Below are positions 17,759 to 27,733 of a stretch of 64,000 nucleotides of DNA, one piece after another; the stretch's first letter is position 1, and each line of letters opens with the position of its first letter. The translations under genes and the position numbers were made by a program. The stretch comes from an uncultured Acidobacteriota bacterium. GTDB taxonomy: Bacteria; Acidobacteriota; Polarisedimenticolia; JACPZX01. The stretch is taken from positions 11,201 through 75,200 of the forward strand of contig CAYNUH010000004.1 of assembly GCA_964400605.1 (NCBI GenBank), given 5' to 3'. The notes below the pieces were generated by a model that did not search any database, was not told the origin of the DNA, and saw only the letters and a list, made by a program, of their open reading frames with translations.

Positions 17759-19255
17759 GTGCAGCAGCAGCTCAATCTGACATCCTGGCTCGACAGCCTG
17801 AGGCGCCGCTGGTGGATCCCTCTTCTCTTCCTGGCGGCGGGGGCCGCCGTCTCGACCGAAGTCACGCGAAGGCTTCCCAAGATCTACAGGGCCAGCACGC
17901 TCATCCTCGTCGAGCCTCAGAAGATCCCCGTCGCCTACGTCCGCCCCACCGTGACGACGACCATCGAGAATCGGCTGCGATCCATCCAGCAGCAGATCAC
18001 GAGCCGCACCCGGATCGAGCGGGTCATCGAGGAGCTGAAGCTCTTCCCCACCGAGGTCGGCAGGGTCCCCATGGAGGTGCTGGTGGGCCGGTTGGCCAGC
18101 AAGATCCAACTCGAGGTGCGCGGCACGACCACCTTCCGGATCTACTTCGAGGGAACCGATCCCCAGGACGTGGCGCGCGTCGTCAACAAGATCGCCGACC
18201 TGTTCATCCTCGAGAACCTGGAGGCCAGGGAGCGCGAGGCCCGGACCACCAGCGAGTTCCTGGAGAAGGAGCTCGAGAAGGTGAAGGTGCGGCTCGAGCA
18301 GGAAGAGAAGCTCATCGCCGGGTTCAAGCGCGAGCACTTGGGGGAGCTGCCCGAGCAGAGGGAGGCGAACCTCCGAACCCTCGAGACGCTCCAGGCCCGT
18401 CTCCGGACCAATGAAGAGACCATCACGCGCGCGCGGGAGCGACGGCTGACTCTGGAGAGCCAGATCGCGGACCTCCCGACCACGGGGACCAACGTCAACG
18501 CGGTCGCCGAGCAGCTTGATCGCGAGCGGACGAGGCTCCAGGAGTTGCTAAACCAATTCACGGACCAGCATCCCGAAGTGCTGCTGCAGCGCCGCGAGAT
18601 CGCCAGGCTGGAGCAGCTGCTTACGGAGACGTCCCCGGCGGATCCCAACGCGCAGCCCACCGGCGGGGCCTCGCTGTACGCCTCCCGGCTCCGGGCCGAC
18701 CTGGAGACGGTCGAGATGGAGATCCGCGCCCGGAACGCCGAACAGGAGCAGATCCGCACGGACACGCAGCGCTACCAGCAGCGCGTCGAGAACACGCCGC
18801 GCAACGAGGCCGCCATCAGCACCCTCACGCGGGACTACGACAACCTCCGCGGCAACTACCAATCGCTGCTGAACAAGAAGATCGAGGCGAAGCTGGCGGA
18901 GAACCTGGAGCGCGAGCGCCAGGGCGAGCAGTTCAACGTCCTCGATCGCGCCGTGCCTCCGGCGGCCCCGTTCAAGCCGAACCTGACCCAGATCATCATG
19001 TTCGGCGTCGTAATCGGGCTCTTGACCGGCTGCGCGTGCGCGTTCGGCGTGGACCTGCTCCGCCCGCGTTTCCGCACGGAGGAGGAGCTCGCCTCCGCCT
19101 ACGGGATCCCGGTCCTCGCGGCGATCCCGCGCATCACAACCGAGCAGGACCGCCGCAGGAGCCGCAACGTGCGCCGCTTTCTCGTCGGGTCCGGGCTGGC
19201 GGCGGTCGCCCTCGGAGTTCTGGTACTGGCCCTTCTCGCGAGCCGGCAGGGGTAG
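17759..19255 (+). CDS. Polysaccharide co-polymerase (Wzc periplasmic part)
   Basis: Two TM segments flanking coiled coil; YRASTLILV, FTDQHPEV, LDRAVPP..PFKP. Confidence 0.9.
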   Translation: MQQQLNLTSWLDSLRRRWWIPLLFLAAGAAVSTEVTRRLPKIYRASTLILVEPQKIPVAYVRPTVTTTIENRLRSIQQQITSRTRIERVIEELKLFPTEVGRVPMEVLVGRLASKIQLEVRGTTTFRIYFEGTDPQDVARVVNKIADLFILENLEAREREARTTSEFLEKELEKVKVRLEQEEKLIAGFKREHLGELPEQREANLRTLETLQARLRTNEETITRARERRLTLESQIADLPTTGTNVNAVAEQLDRERTRLQELLNQFTDQHPEVLLQRREIARLEQLLTETSPADPNAQPTGGASLYASRLRADLETVEMEIRARNAEQEQIRTDTQRYQQRVENTPRNEAAISTLTRDYDNLRGNYQSLLNKKIEAKLAENLERERQGEQFNVLDRAVPPAAPFKPNLTQIIMFGVVIGLLTGCACAFGVDLLRPRFRTEEELASAYGIPVLAAIPRITTEQDRRRSRNVRRFLVGSGLAAVALGVLVLALLASRQG

Positions 19256-19264
19256 GGGACGTCC

Positions 19265-20002
19265 GTGACGGCGGAGAAGCTGCAGTGGGTCCGGTCGGAG
19301 GTGCTGGCGTCGCTCTACAACCGCTCCGGGCTTGCCGGTGAGCAGTATCGGAAGATGCGCATCCGGCTGGAAGGGCTGAAGGAGACGCTGGGCGGAGCCA
19401 TGCAGCTCATCGTGGTTACGAGCCCGATGATGGGGGAGGGCAAGACGGCCACGGCGGCCAACCTCGCGGTGAGCCTCGCTCAAGAGGAGGGGAGGAAGGT
19501 GATCCTGGTGGACTGCGACATCCGCAAGCCCCGCCTGTGGTCCCTCTTCCGCCGCCCTCCCGACAGGGGGCTGGCCGACGTCCTTGCGGGCGGCGCCCAC
19601 GTCGCGGACGTCGTGCGGGCCACCGAGGATGTCCCCCTCGACGTGCTGCCCATCCCGCGCAACTCGGACGATCGGATAGACCCGATGCCCGTGGACAGGC
19701 TGAAGGGACTCTTCCGTGATCTCCGGGAACGCTACGACTTCATCATCTGCGACGCGCCGCCCGTGCTGCCCATCGCCGACACCGCCGCCCTCGCGAGGCT
19801 CTCCGACGGCGTGGTGCTCGTCGTCCGGGCAGGCGCCACGCCGAGGCACGCGGTGACGCGCACGCTCGAGAGCCTCGACAGGAACAAGCTGGTCGGTTTC
19901 GTGCTCAACGCGGTCTCGGAGCGGGCCATCGATCGGTACTACTACCAGTACCACGTTGAGGGAAGGGACGGCCATCGTGCCGTCAACGGGGATCGGAAGT
20001 GA
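19265..20002 (+). CDS. CpsD/CapB-family bacterial tyrosine kinase
   Basis: TSPMMGEGKT, ILVDCD, IICDAPP, C-terminal YYYQY cluster. Confidence 0.92.
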   Translation: MTAEKLQWVRSEVLASLYNRSGLAGEQYRKMRIRLEGLKETLGGAMQLIVVTSPMMGEGKTATAANLAVSLAQEEGRKVILVDCDIRKPRLWSLFRRPPDRGLADVLAGGAHVADVVRATEDVPLDVLPIPRNSDDRIDPMPVDRLKGLFRDLRERYDFIICDAPPVLPIADTAALARLSDGVVLVVRAGATPRHAVTRTLESLDRNKLVGFVLNAVSERAIDRYYYQYHVEGRDGHRAVNGDRK

Positions 20003-20049
20003 ACAGGGGACCGGGGGGGTCCTTCCACCAGGAGGAGGAGCTTTGGGAA

Positions 20050-20265
20050 ATGAGGATCATGGACGTCGAGAGGGATGAGATTCTCACGAGCAAGGAGGCC
20101 CAGCGTCTGCTCAAGATCGGCAGAACCAAGCTATGGGCGCTGACCAAGGACGGGAGTCTTCCGGCCTATCGAATAGGCGACGGCAGGACGTCGGCCTTGC
20201 GGTACAAGAAGGCCGAACTGATCCAGTGGCTGGACGCGAACCGGATTCCCGCGCGGAAGGAGTAG
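20050..20265 (+). CDS. Small excisionase-like helix-turn-helix protein (HTH_17-like)
   Basis: GGAGGAGGAG RBS; ILTSKEAQRLLKIGRTKLW...LPAYRIG...LRYKKAELIQWL. Confidence 0.8.
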   Translation: MRIMDVERDEILTSKEAQRLLKIGRTKLWALTKDGSLPAYRIGDGRTSALRYKKAELIQWLDANRIPARKE

Positions 20266-20276
20266 GACCACACCGG

Positions 20277-21746
20277 CTGGCGAGGGGGCTCGTCGCCATC
20301 GCCGCCCTCGTTGGGGCGGTGGCCCTCTACGCCACCTTCGTGGAACCACAGCGCGTCTCGCTCGTGCGCATCGAGGTGACGCTGCCGGGGCTCCCGCAGG
20401 CGCTGGACGGGTTCCGGATCCTCCATCTCTCCGATCTCGAGAGCCGGCGGCGCGGGCTCCGGGAGGAGAAGGTCGCGGAGCTGGGGAAGGAGGCCGGGGC
20501 CGATCTCGTCGTGATCACAGGGGACCTCGTCGCGAAGACTCTCCGCGGCGACGCGCGAGCCCGCGCGACAGGGGAAGCGGCCCGGCTCCTGGGGGAGATC
20601 CCCTCCAAGCTCGGCGCCTGGTTCGTCGAGGGGCACGGGGAGCAGCTGATCCCGAGCGAGAGGCGGGGCTTCCTCGACGCCCTCGATGACCACGGCGTCA
20701 GGTTCCTCCAGGACGACATCGCGATCATCCCCGTGGGAGACGCGTCGCTGGCCCTGGTGGGGATCGGGCTGCACCCGGCCGGACGGGAGACGACCTTCTT
20801 CCAGCGGCCGGACGGGACCATCATGGACAACGGAAAGGGCCGGGCCGACTCCTATCTGAACCTGGTCTTCCCGGACGACGCCGCCCTGCGCGACTACGAG
20901 TTCGCCGGAGAGTTCCGCTTCAACCGCGAGGGGGCCGGTGTGGGAGTGACGTTCTACAACATGATGCCCCGGAGGCTGGATCGCTTCTATAGACTCCGGA
21001 TCACGGAGGCGGGCGGGGTCATGAAGCTCTCGCCCCACGGCACCGTCTTCACGCGCGGCCGCTCCACGACTGGCGTGTCGCCCGCCCGTGGTGAATGGCA
21101 CGCGTTCCGGATCCGTGCGGAGACGGCCGCCGACGGCGTGCGCGTGCGCGCGCGCGTCTGGCGCGCGGACCGGCGCGAGCCCGAGACGTGGAGCGTGGAC
21201 TGCCTCGACGCGACCGGGACGAGGCCGGCCGGAGGCACCGTGGGCGTGTGGACGTCCGGGCCGGGGCGGAAGGAGTTCCGCGGGCTCAGCGTCGTGCGGC
21301 TCGACGGAACGGTGCTCGTGGCCGAAGGGCGCGCGGCCGGGTCCTCCCAGGCCGACTGGCGGCCCCCCGACGCCCCGGACTACCTTCTGGCCTTGGCCGA
21401 ACGGCTTCCCCCGGACGCCTTTCCGTTGGCGCTGGCGCACTCGCCGGATATTTTCCCCGCCACCGCCGCACTCGGCTGGCCGCTGCTCCTCGCGGGGCAC
21501 ACGCAGGGGGGACAGGTGCGGCTGCCCTTCATCGGAGCGCTCACGACCGACACGGTACTGGGCCGGCGGTTCGCCGCCGGAATGTTCGAACGATCGGGTT
21601 GCCGGCTCTATATCTCGCGCGGGATCGGCACCAGCCGCGTGCCGCTGAGGTTCCTCTCTCCCCCCGAAGTGACGCTCCTCACCTTGCGGCGAGAAGCGCG
21701 GGGCGTTGCGGGCGGATCCGCCCCGCCGGCGGGGGGCGGGTCGTGA
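20277..21746 (+). CDS. Calcineurin-like metallophosphoesterase with inserted lectin-like beta-sandwich
   Basis: LHLSDL, TGDLV, LAHSPD, LAGHTQGGQ, SRGIG motifs split by a roughly 200-aa beta-rich insert. Start uncertain (CTG 20277 with AGGA RBS, or ATG 20133). Confidence 0.7.
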   Translation: MARGLVAIAALVGAVALYATFVEPQRVSLVRIEVTLPGLPQALDGFRILHLSDLESRRRGLREEKVAELGKEAGADLVVITGDLVAKTLRGDARARATGEAARLLGEIPSKLGAWFVEGHGEQLIPSERRGFLDALDDHGVRFLQDDIAIIPVGDASLALVGIGLHPAGRETTFFQRPDGTIMDNGKGRADSYLNLVFPDDAALRDYEFAGEFRFNREGAGVGVTFYNMMPRRLDRFYRLRITEAGGVMKLSPHGTVFTRGRSTTGVSPARGEWHAFRIRAETAADGVRVRARVWRADRREPETWSVDCLDATGTRPAGGTVGVWTSGPGRKEFRGLSVVRLDGTVLVAEGRAAGSSQADWRPPDAPDYLLALAERLPPDAFPLALAHSPDIFPATAALGWPLLLAGHTQGGQVRLPFIGALTTDTVLGRRFAAGMFERSGCRLYISRGIGTSRVPLRFLSPPEVTLLTLRREARGVAGGSAPPAGGGS

Positions 21747-22918
21747 GGCGGCTCCGGGTCGCGACGGTCTTCGGCACCCGCCCGGAGGCCATCAAGCTCG
21801 CCCCCATACTCATGGAAGCGCGCCGCCGCCGCGCGGAGGTCCGTTCCACCGCCATCGTCACGGCGCAGCACCGCGAGATGCTCGATCAGGTGCTCCGGAC
21901 GTTCGGGATCCGCCCGGGGCACGATCTCGACCTCATGAGACCCGGCCAGTCACCGAGCCAGGTGGCGGCCCGGATCCTCCTCTCCCTCGAGCCGCTGCTC
22001 GCGCGCCTGCGCCCCGACGTGGTCGTCGTCCAGGGCGACACCATCACGACCTTCGCGGCCGCGCTCGCGGCCTTCCATCTCGAGATTCCCGTGGCGCATG
22101 TCGAGGCGGGGCTCCGCACCCGGAACCGCCGAAACCCGTTCCCCGAGGAGATGTGCCGGAGGCTCACCACCTCGCTGACGGATCTGCACTTCGCGCCCAC
22201 GGCCTGGGCCCGGGACAACCTGGTCCGCGAGGGGGTGGATCCCTCGGCCATCGTGGTGACCGGCAACACGGTCATCGACGCCCTCTTCCACGTTCTGCGA
22301 TCGGCGCGCCGCGCCCCGATCCCAGAGAAGGCGCTCGTCCCGCGGGGGCGGCTGCTCCTCGTCACGACGCACCGCCGGGAGAACTTCAACGCCCCCCTGC
22401 GGAACATCTGCGATGCCCTGGTGCGGATCGTGAAGGCGGTCCCCGACGTGACGGTGGTCCTTCCCGTCCATCGCAACCCGAACGTGGACGGGCCCGTCAG
22501 GCAACGCCTCCGGGGACGGGACCGGATCGTCCTCGTGCCGCCGCTCGACTACGCGCCTTTCGTCCACCTGATGAGCCGCGCGCACCTGATCCTCACCGAC
22601 TCGGGAGGCGTGCAGGAGGAAGCGCCCTCGCTGGGCGTGCCGGTGCTGGTGGCCCGGCGCACGACGGAGAGGCCGGAGGGGATCGAAGCCGGCGTGGCGA
22701 TGCTGGTGGGCACCGAAAGACGGGAGATCGAGGCCGCGGCCATCGATCTCCTGACGAACGCGTCCCGGAGACGCCGCATGGCCCGCCGCGCCAACCCCTA
22801 CGGCGACGGGAGGGCCGCGCCGCGCATCCTGGACGAGCTCATCCGGCGTTTCGCCCTGCGCGAGAAGGGGGCCGGCGCCGAGCGCGCTGGACGTGCCGCT
22901 TCCGGAGCCGCGCGGTGA
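21743..22918 (+). CDS. wecB: Non-hydrolysing UDP-GlcNAc 2-epimerase
   Basis: GTRPEAIK, QGDT, HVEAGLR, HRREN, DSGGVQEEA, NPYGDG. Confidence 0.93.
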   Translation: MRRLRVATVFGTRPEAIKLAPILMEARRRRAEVRSTAIVTAQHREMLDQVLRTFGIRPGHDLDLMRPGQSPSQVAARILLSLEPLLARLRPDVVVVQGDTITTFAAALAAFHLEIPVAHVEAGLRTRNRRNPFPEEMCRRLTTSLTDLHFAPTAWARDNLVREGVDPSAIVVTGNTVIDALFHVLRSARRAPIPEKALVPRGRLLLVTTHRRENFNAPLRNICDALVRIVKAVPDVTVVLPVHRNPNVDGPVRQRLRGRDRIVLVPPLDYAPFVHLMSRAHLILTDSGGVQEEAPSLGVPVLVARRTTERPEGIEAGVAMLVGTERREIEAAAIDLLTNASRRRRMARRANPYGDGRAAPRILDELIRRFALREKGAGAERAGRAASGAAR

Positions 22919-24345
22919 ACGAGTTCGTTTACTCGATCATCGAGGCGATTCTCCTCCTGTTCGCGCTCCGGGGCCGGAGGTGGGCGATGATGGTGATGGC
23001 CTTCTCGCTCCCCTTCGCGCGGCGGCTGCCCTCCCTGCCGCTCCCCCTCCTGAACTACGAGAACCTGATATTCGGAGCGGCCATCATCGCCTACCTCATG
23101 CACCCGCCCGGGAAGGGGGCGCCCGGGGGCCGGGTTCGCTACGCGCTCCCGGTAGGCACCCTCGTCCTCTTCTTCACCGCCTCGTTCGTCAACACGATCA
23201 CGACTTTCACTCCCGTCCGGTTCTACCGGCTGTGGAATCCCTACGACAACATGATGCAGTTCAAGGCCCTCGTCATGTGCTTCGCCCTCTACGTGCTGGG
23301 GAGCCTTGCGATCCATTCCCGGGAGGACCTGATCACAGTCTTCCGCGCGGGCGTGGCCGGGATCCTCGTCGAGACGGGGTACACCGCCTACGAGTGGGTC
23401 ATCCTGCGGCCCGGACGGACCACGGGGCACATGGGCGAGCCCAACAGCATGGGCGCCTACCTCGCCGCCTCGTTCTGTCTGCTGGTGGCGCTGATGCTGA
23501 CCCTGCCCCGATCGCACCGCCTTCGGTGGTTCGCGGCAGCCGGGTCGGTGTGCGCGGCCCTGGGGCTCCTGGGGACGCTGTCGCGGGGCGCCTACGTGGC
23601 AGCCGCTGGGGGGGTTCTCTTCCTGACCGCCCTCGTGAACCGCCGCGCCCTCGCCTTCGGCCTCGTCGTGCTGGCCTTGAACGCCCTGTGGCTTCCGGAG
23701 AGCGTTCAGAAGAGGTTTCAGGACACTTTCATCGAGGAAGAGCAGGAGAACTACCGCTTCCGGGAGGGAAAGGGTGGGGACGCTTCCGCCCTCATCGAGA
23801 TGATCAACGAGGAGCTCGAGGAGGAGGCGGCAACCACCGAGGGGGAGGCGGTCACGCGGCTCGACTCGTCGGTCCAGACCCGCCTCGTCACGTGGGCCGC
23901 GGCCCTCCAGATAATCCGCGACTACCCGTTGGGCGTCGGCTTCGGCGTCTTCCCCTGGTACTTGCAGTTCTACTCCACCGTTGTCATGTGGAAGGCCACG
24001 CACAACATCTATCTGAAGATCGCGACCGAGGCGGGCCTCCCGGCCCTCCTGATCTTCCTATACTTGATCTACGGATTCGCCAGGGACTCCTGGCGGACCT
24101 GGAGGGACAACGACGACCCGGAGATTCGCGCCTACGGGATCGGCATGCTCGCCTCCCTGATCGCCCTCTGCCTGAACGCGATGACCGTGGACCTCTTCTT
24201 CCAGATCGAAGTCAACGGGCAGCTCTGGCTGCTCCTCGGGGTCCTCATGCAGGCCCCGCTGGTGGCGGGGCGGCGGGTTCCAGCCGGGAGCGAGCTGCCG
24301 GCGGGGCCCCGGAGCGATCATCCCGTCTACGAGCTGGTGCGATGA
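22915..24345 (+). CDS. O-antigen ligase/Wzy polymerase family membrane protein
   Basis: Many TM helices; GEPN, TLSRGA, PLGVGFG, ATHNIYL..ATEAG. Confidence 0.85.
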   Translation: MNEFVYSIIEAILLLFALRGRRWAMMVMAFSLPFARRLPSLPLPLLNYENLIFGAAIIAYLMHPPGKGAPGGRVRYALPVGTLVLFFTASFVNTITTFTPVRFYRLWNPYDNMMQFKALVMCFALYVLGSLAIHSREDLITVFRAGVAGILVETGYTAYEWVILRPGRTTGHMGEPNSMGAYLAASFCLLVALMLTLPRSHRLRWFAAAGSVCAALGLLGTLSRGAYVAAAGGVLFLTALVNRRALAFGLVVLALNALWLPESVQKRFQDTFIEEEQENYRFREGKGGDASALIEMINEELEEEAATTEGEAVTRLDSSVQTRLVTWAAALQIIRDYPLGVGFGVFPWYLQFYSTVVMWKATHNIYLKIATEAGLPALLIFLYLIYGFARDSWRTWRDNDDPEIRAYGIGMLASLIALCLNAMTVDLFFQIEVNGQLWLLLGVLMQAPLVAGRRVPAGSELPAGPRSDHPVYELVR

Positions 24346-26591
24346 CCCCGGGCAGCCCCACCAAGATCCTCTACGTGATCGCCCAGCTCACACTCGGCGG
24401 GACGGAGCGCCAGCTTCTCCAGCTCATCGAGCGACTGGATCGAACGCGTTTTTCGCCGGAGGTGGTGGCGTTCAACCCCGGAGGCCCCCTCGAGGGCAGC
24501 TTCGCCTCCACCGCCACCCTGCACATGCTCCCCAAGCGCCCGCTCACCGAGGCGAAGGTCCTCCTGTCTCTGGCGTCGCTCATGCGGAGGATCCGCCCCG
24601 CCATCGTGCATACGTCACTCTTCCCCGCCAACTGGCGGGGCGCCCTGGCTGGGACGCTCGCCGGCGCGCCGCACCTGGTGGCCTCCGTGCGAAACATGGG
24701 GGACTGGATGGGGCCGGCCCGGCGGGCGATGGAACGGCTGGCGGCGCGCCGCGCCGATGCCGTTGTCGTGAATTCCGCCGCCGTCGGAAGGTTCCTCACC
24801 GAGGCCGTGGGCGTGCCGCCGCGCAAGCTCCGCCTCGTACCCAACGGCGTGGATCTGGATGCGTTCCGGCCGCGGCGGGACACCGACCCGGATCTCCGCT
24901 CCGAGCTGTGGGGTGGAGAGCCGGTCGAGGTGGTGGGCGCGGTCATGAGCCTCACGCCGAAGAAGAACCCCGCTCTCCTGCTCGAGGCCGCCGCCCGCGT
25001 CACCGCGCGGCGGCCGTCGACGCGCTTCGTCATCGCGGGGGACGGCGCCCTGCGATCCGATCTCGAATCGAAAATCGTCGCGCTACGGCTGCAGGGGAAG
25101 GTGCGCCTGCTGGGCCTCCGGCGGGACGTTCCCGACGTGCTCCGCGCGCTGGACCTCCTGGCCCTGACTTCGGAACGCGAGGGGTGCCCCAACGCCGTGC
25201 TGGAGGCGATGGCCACGGGCGTCCCCGCCGTGGCCACCGACGTGGGCGGCACCGCGGATCTCATCCTGGACGGCGTGACCGGGCGCCTCGTCCCGCCGGC
25301 GGATCCCGACGCCCTCGCGAGAGCCCTTCTCGAGATCCTCTCCACGCCCGATCTGGCGCGGCGGATGGGTCGCTCCGCCCTCGATCGCGCCCGTACGGAG
25401 TACGGAATCCATCGGATGGTCGAGCGCACCGAGCGGATCTACGAGGATCTTCTCGCGCACGCGGGGGCGGAGAGAAGCCTGGTGCGGCCGAGCGTGGCCG
25501 TACCGGGCGGCACGACTCCGCCTCGATCCCATGGAGTGCCCCCGGCCGCCCCGCCGGCTCCGGCGGCGCCTCCCCTCCCATTCGTCAGCGTGGTCGTCCC
25601 CGTGCGCAACGAGGCTCTCCATCTCGGCCGATGCCTCGACGCGATCCTGGCCCAGGACTATCCGCCGGACCGCATGGAGGTGCTGGTGGCCGACGGGATG
25701 TCCGAGGACGGCACCCGCGCCGTCGTCCAGGAGTACAGCCGGCGCGACGCGCGGCTCAGGGTGGTGGACAACCCCGGCCGCATCGTTCCCACGGGGCTCA
25801 ACGCCGCCGTGCGCGCCTCCCGGGGCGACGTGGTGGTCCGCGTGGACGGGCACACGATGATCGAGCCGGACTACGTGCATCAGGCCATCTCGGCGTTGCG
25901 GCGCACCGGAGCCGACGTGGTGGGCGGCACCATGAACGCCGCGGGAGCGTCCGTCTTCGGCCGCAGCGTGGCTCTGGCCACCTCCACTCCCATGGGGGTG
26001 GGCGGCTCGAAGTTCCACTACGCCTCCCGGGAAGGGCCGGCCGAGAGCGTCTACATGGGGACCTTCCGGCGCGACGTGTTCGTGCGCTTCGGCTGGTTCG
26101 ACGAGAGGTTCGTACGCAACCAGGACGACGAGTTCAACTACAGGGTGCGCGAGGCCGGAGGGACGGTTGTCCTCGCGCCCTCGATGCGGTCGCTCTACTT
26201 CACCCGCGAAGCTCCCGGGCCCCTTCTCAAGCAGTACTTCCAGTACGGGTTCTACAAGGTGTTCGTCGCGGCGCTGCATCCGCGGATGATCCGTCCCCGC
26301 CACCTCACGCCGTCGCTGTTCATGCTCGGGATCGCGGCCCTCGCGGCCGCGGCGACGGTGAGCCTCACCGCCGCGGCGTGGCTCGGCGCCGTCCTGATCC
26401 TGCACGCGGGAAGCGCCCTGATCATGGCGGGGCGGGCCGGACGCCGCGACCCGGCGGCCTGGCTCCTGGTCCCCGCCACCACGCTGATCCTGCACCTCGG
26501 CTACGGGGCGGGGTTCCTGATCGGCGGCATCGCGGCGCTCCTGGGACGGAGGCCGGGACTTCGCCGTGGCGCGCTGGGGAGCGCTCCGTGA
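24342..26591 (+). CDS. Fused GT4 + GT2 glycosyltransferase
   Basis: N-half GGTERQL...EGCPNAVLEAMA; Pro/Ala linker; C-half VSVVVPVRNE, VRVDGH, NQDDEFN. Confidence 0.88.
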   Translation: MTPGSPTKILYVIAQLTLGGTERQLLQLIERLDRTRFSPEVVAFNPGGPLEGSFASTATLHMLPKRPLTEAKVLLSLASLMRRIRPAIVHTSLFPANWRGALAGTLAGAPHLVASVRNMGDWMGPARRAMERLAARRADAVVVNSAAVGRFLTEAVGVPPRKLRLVPNGVDLDAFRPRRDTDPDLRSELWGGEPVEVVGAVMSLTPKKNPALLLEAAARVTARRPSTRFVIAGDGALRSDLESKIVALRLQGKVRLLGLRRDVPDVLRALDLLALTSEREGCPNAVLEAMATGVPAVATDVGGTADLILDGVTGRLVPPADPDALARALLEILSTPDLARRMGRSALDRARTEYGIHRMVERTERIYEDLLAHAGAERSLVRPSVAVPGGTTPPRSHGVPPAAPPAPAAPPLPFVSVVVPVRNEALHLGRCLDAILAQDYPPDRMEVLVADGMSEDGTRAVVQEYSRRDARLRVVDNPGRIVPTGLNAAVRASRGDVVVRVDGHTMIEPDYVHQAISALRRTGADVVGGTMNAAGASVFGRSVALATSTPMGVGGSKFHYASREGPAESVYMGTFRRDVFVRFGWFDERFVRNQDDEFNYRVREAGGTVVLAPSMRSLYFTREAPGPLLKQYFQYGFYKVFVAALHPRMIRPRHLTPSLFMLGIAALAAAATVSLTAAAWLGAVLILHAGSALIMAGRAGRRDPAAWLLVPATTLILHLGYGAGFLIGGIAALLGRRPGLRRGALGSAP

Positions 26592-27733
26592 AGCCGGGCG
26601 TGCTCTACCTCGTGGGCTCCTTCAAGAGCGGGGGAACCGAATCGCAGCTCGTCGAGATCCTGAAGAGGCTCGACCGTTCGCGCTACGAGCCCACCGTCCT
26701 GTGTTTCGAGAAACGGGGCGGGCTCCTGCGGGAGGTGGAGGCCATGAAGGTCGAGGTGCGGGAGATGGGGTTCGAGCGCTTCCTCTCCGCGCGCACGTGG
26801 GGCCGTCTGCGCTCGCACGCGCTCTGGGCGCGCCGGAGCGGCGTCCGGATCATCCAGGGCTTCCACTTCCACGGCGCGTTCTACGGCGCCCTGCTGAAGC
26901 GGCGGTGCCCCGGAGCGGCCCTCGTGGTGTGCGAGCAGGCCATCTACGGCCCCGAGGCCGCGAGACACCGCCTCGCGCGCTCTCTCTACTATCGCGACAC
27001 CGACGTCGTGACCGCGAACTGCGAGGCCGTGCGGCGCGCCGTGGCCATGCGGGACCGGATTGACCCGGACAGGATCCGCGTCATCTATGGGGGCGTGGAC
27101 ACCGAACGGTTCCGGCCCCGGCGCGACCACGGCTCCGAGCCTTCCGGCCGGGGGCCCCTCATCGGATGCGTGGGCCGCCTCCATCCGGACAAGGGACAGA
27201 TGCTCCTGATCCGGGCGGCGCCTGCGATCCTCCGGTCGCTCCCCTCCGCGCGCATCGTCCTCGTGGGGGACGGTCCGCAGCGACGGGAGATCGAGTCCGC
27301 AATCGACACCGCGGGCCTGACGGATCGTGTGACGCTCTCGGGGGACCGGCGCGACGTCCCGGACCTTCTCGCCGGAATGGACCTGCTGGTGCTACCTTCG
27401 GCCAGCGAGGGCTTCGCCAACGCCGCGCTCGAGGGCGCCGCCTGCGCCCTGCCGGTGGTGGTTTCCGACGCCGGCGGCAACCCTGAGATCGTCCTGGACG
27501 GCGCGACCGGACGCGTATTCCGCAGCGGTGACGCGGCGATGCTGGCGGCGTGCGTCGTCGACACGCTGAGGGATCCCGCCGCGGCCCGCTCCATGGGAAT
27601 CTCAGGCCGGCGGCGGGTGGAGACCATCTTCCCCCTCGCCGAGATGGTGCGGCGGCACGAGCGGCTCTACGACGAGATCCTCTCCGAAGCGCCTGAACGC
27701 CAGGCGCGGATGCAGCCCAGGGAGGCTTCGTGA
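26588..27733 (+). CDS. GT4 glycosyltransferase
   Basis: GGTESQL, GRLHPDKG, EGFANAALEG. Confidence 0.88.
   Translation: MKPGVLYLVGSFKSGGTESQLVEILKRLDRSRYEPTVLCFEKRGGLLREVEAMKVEVREMGFERFLSARTWGRLRSHALWARRSGVRIIQGFHFHGAFYGALLKRRCPGAALVVCEQAIYGPEAARHRLARSLYYRDTDVVTANCEAVRRAVAMRDRIDPDRIRVIYGGVDTERFRPRRDHGSEPSGRGPLIGCVGRLHPDKGQMLLIRAAPAILRSLPSARIVLVGDGPQRREIESAIDTAGLTDRVTLSGDRRDVPDLLAGMDLLVLPSASEGFANAALEGAACALPVVVSDAGGNPEIVLDGATGRVFRSGDAAMLAACVVDTLRDPAAARSMGISGRRRVETIFPLAEMVRRHERLYDEILSEAPERQARMQPREAS

Noticed and set aside
20050-20265. HTH gene as the excisionase of the left-hand integrase
   Set aside because: 17 kb away, beyond core genes, inside an EPS operon with no att-like sequence.
22893-27733. 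Very long ORF-track entries such as 22893-26591 (1232 aa) and 24908-27733 (941 aa)
   Set aside because: Their N-terminal parts are off-frame read-through of real genes in GC-rich DNA; true starts were placed at overlap junctions 24342 and 26588.
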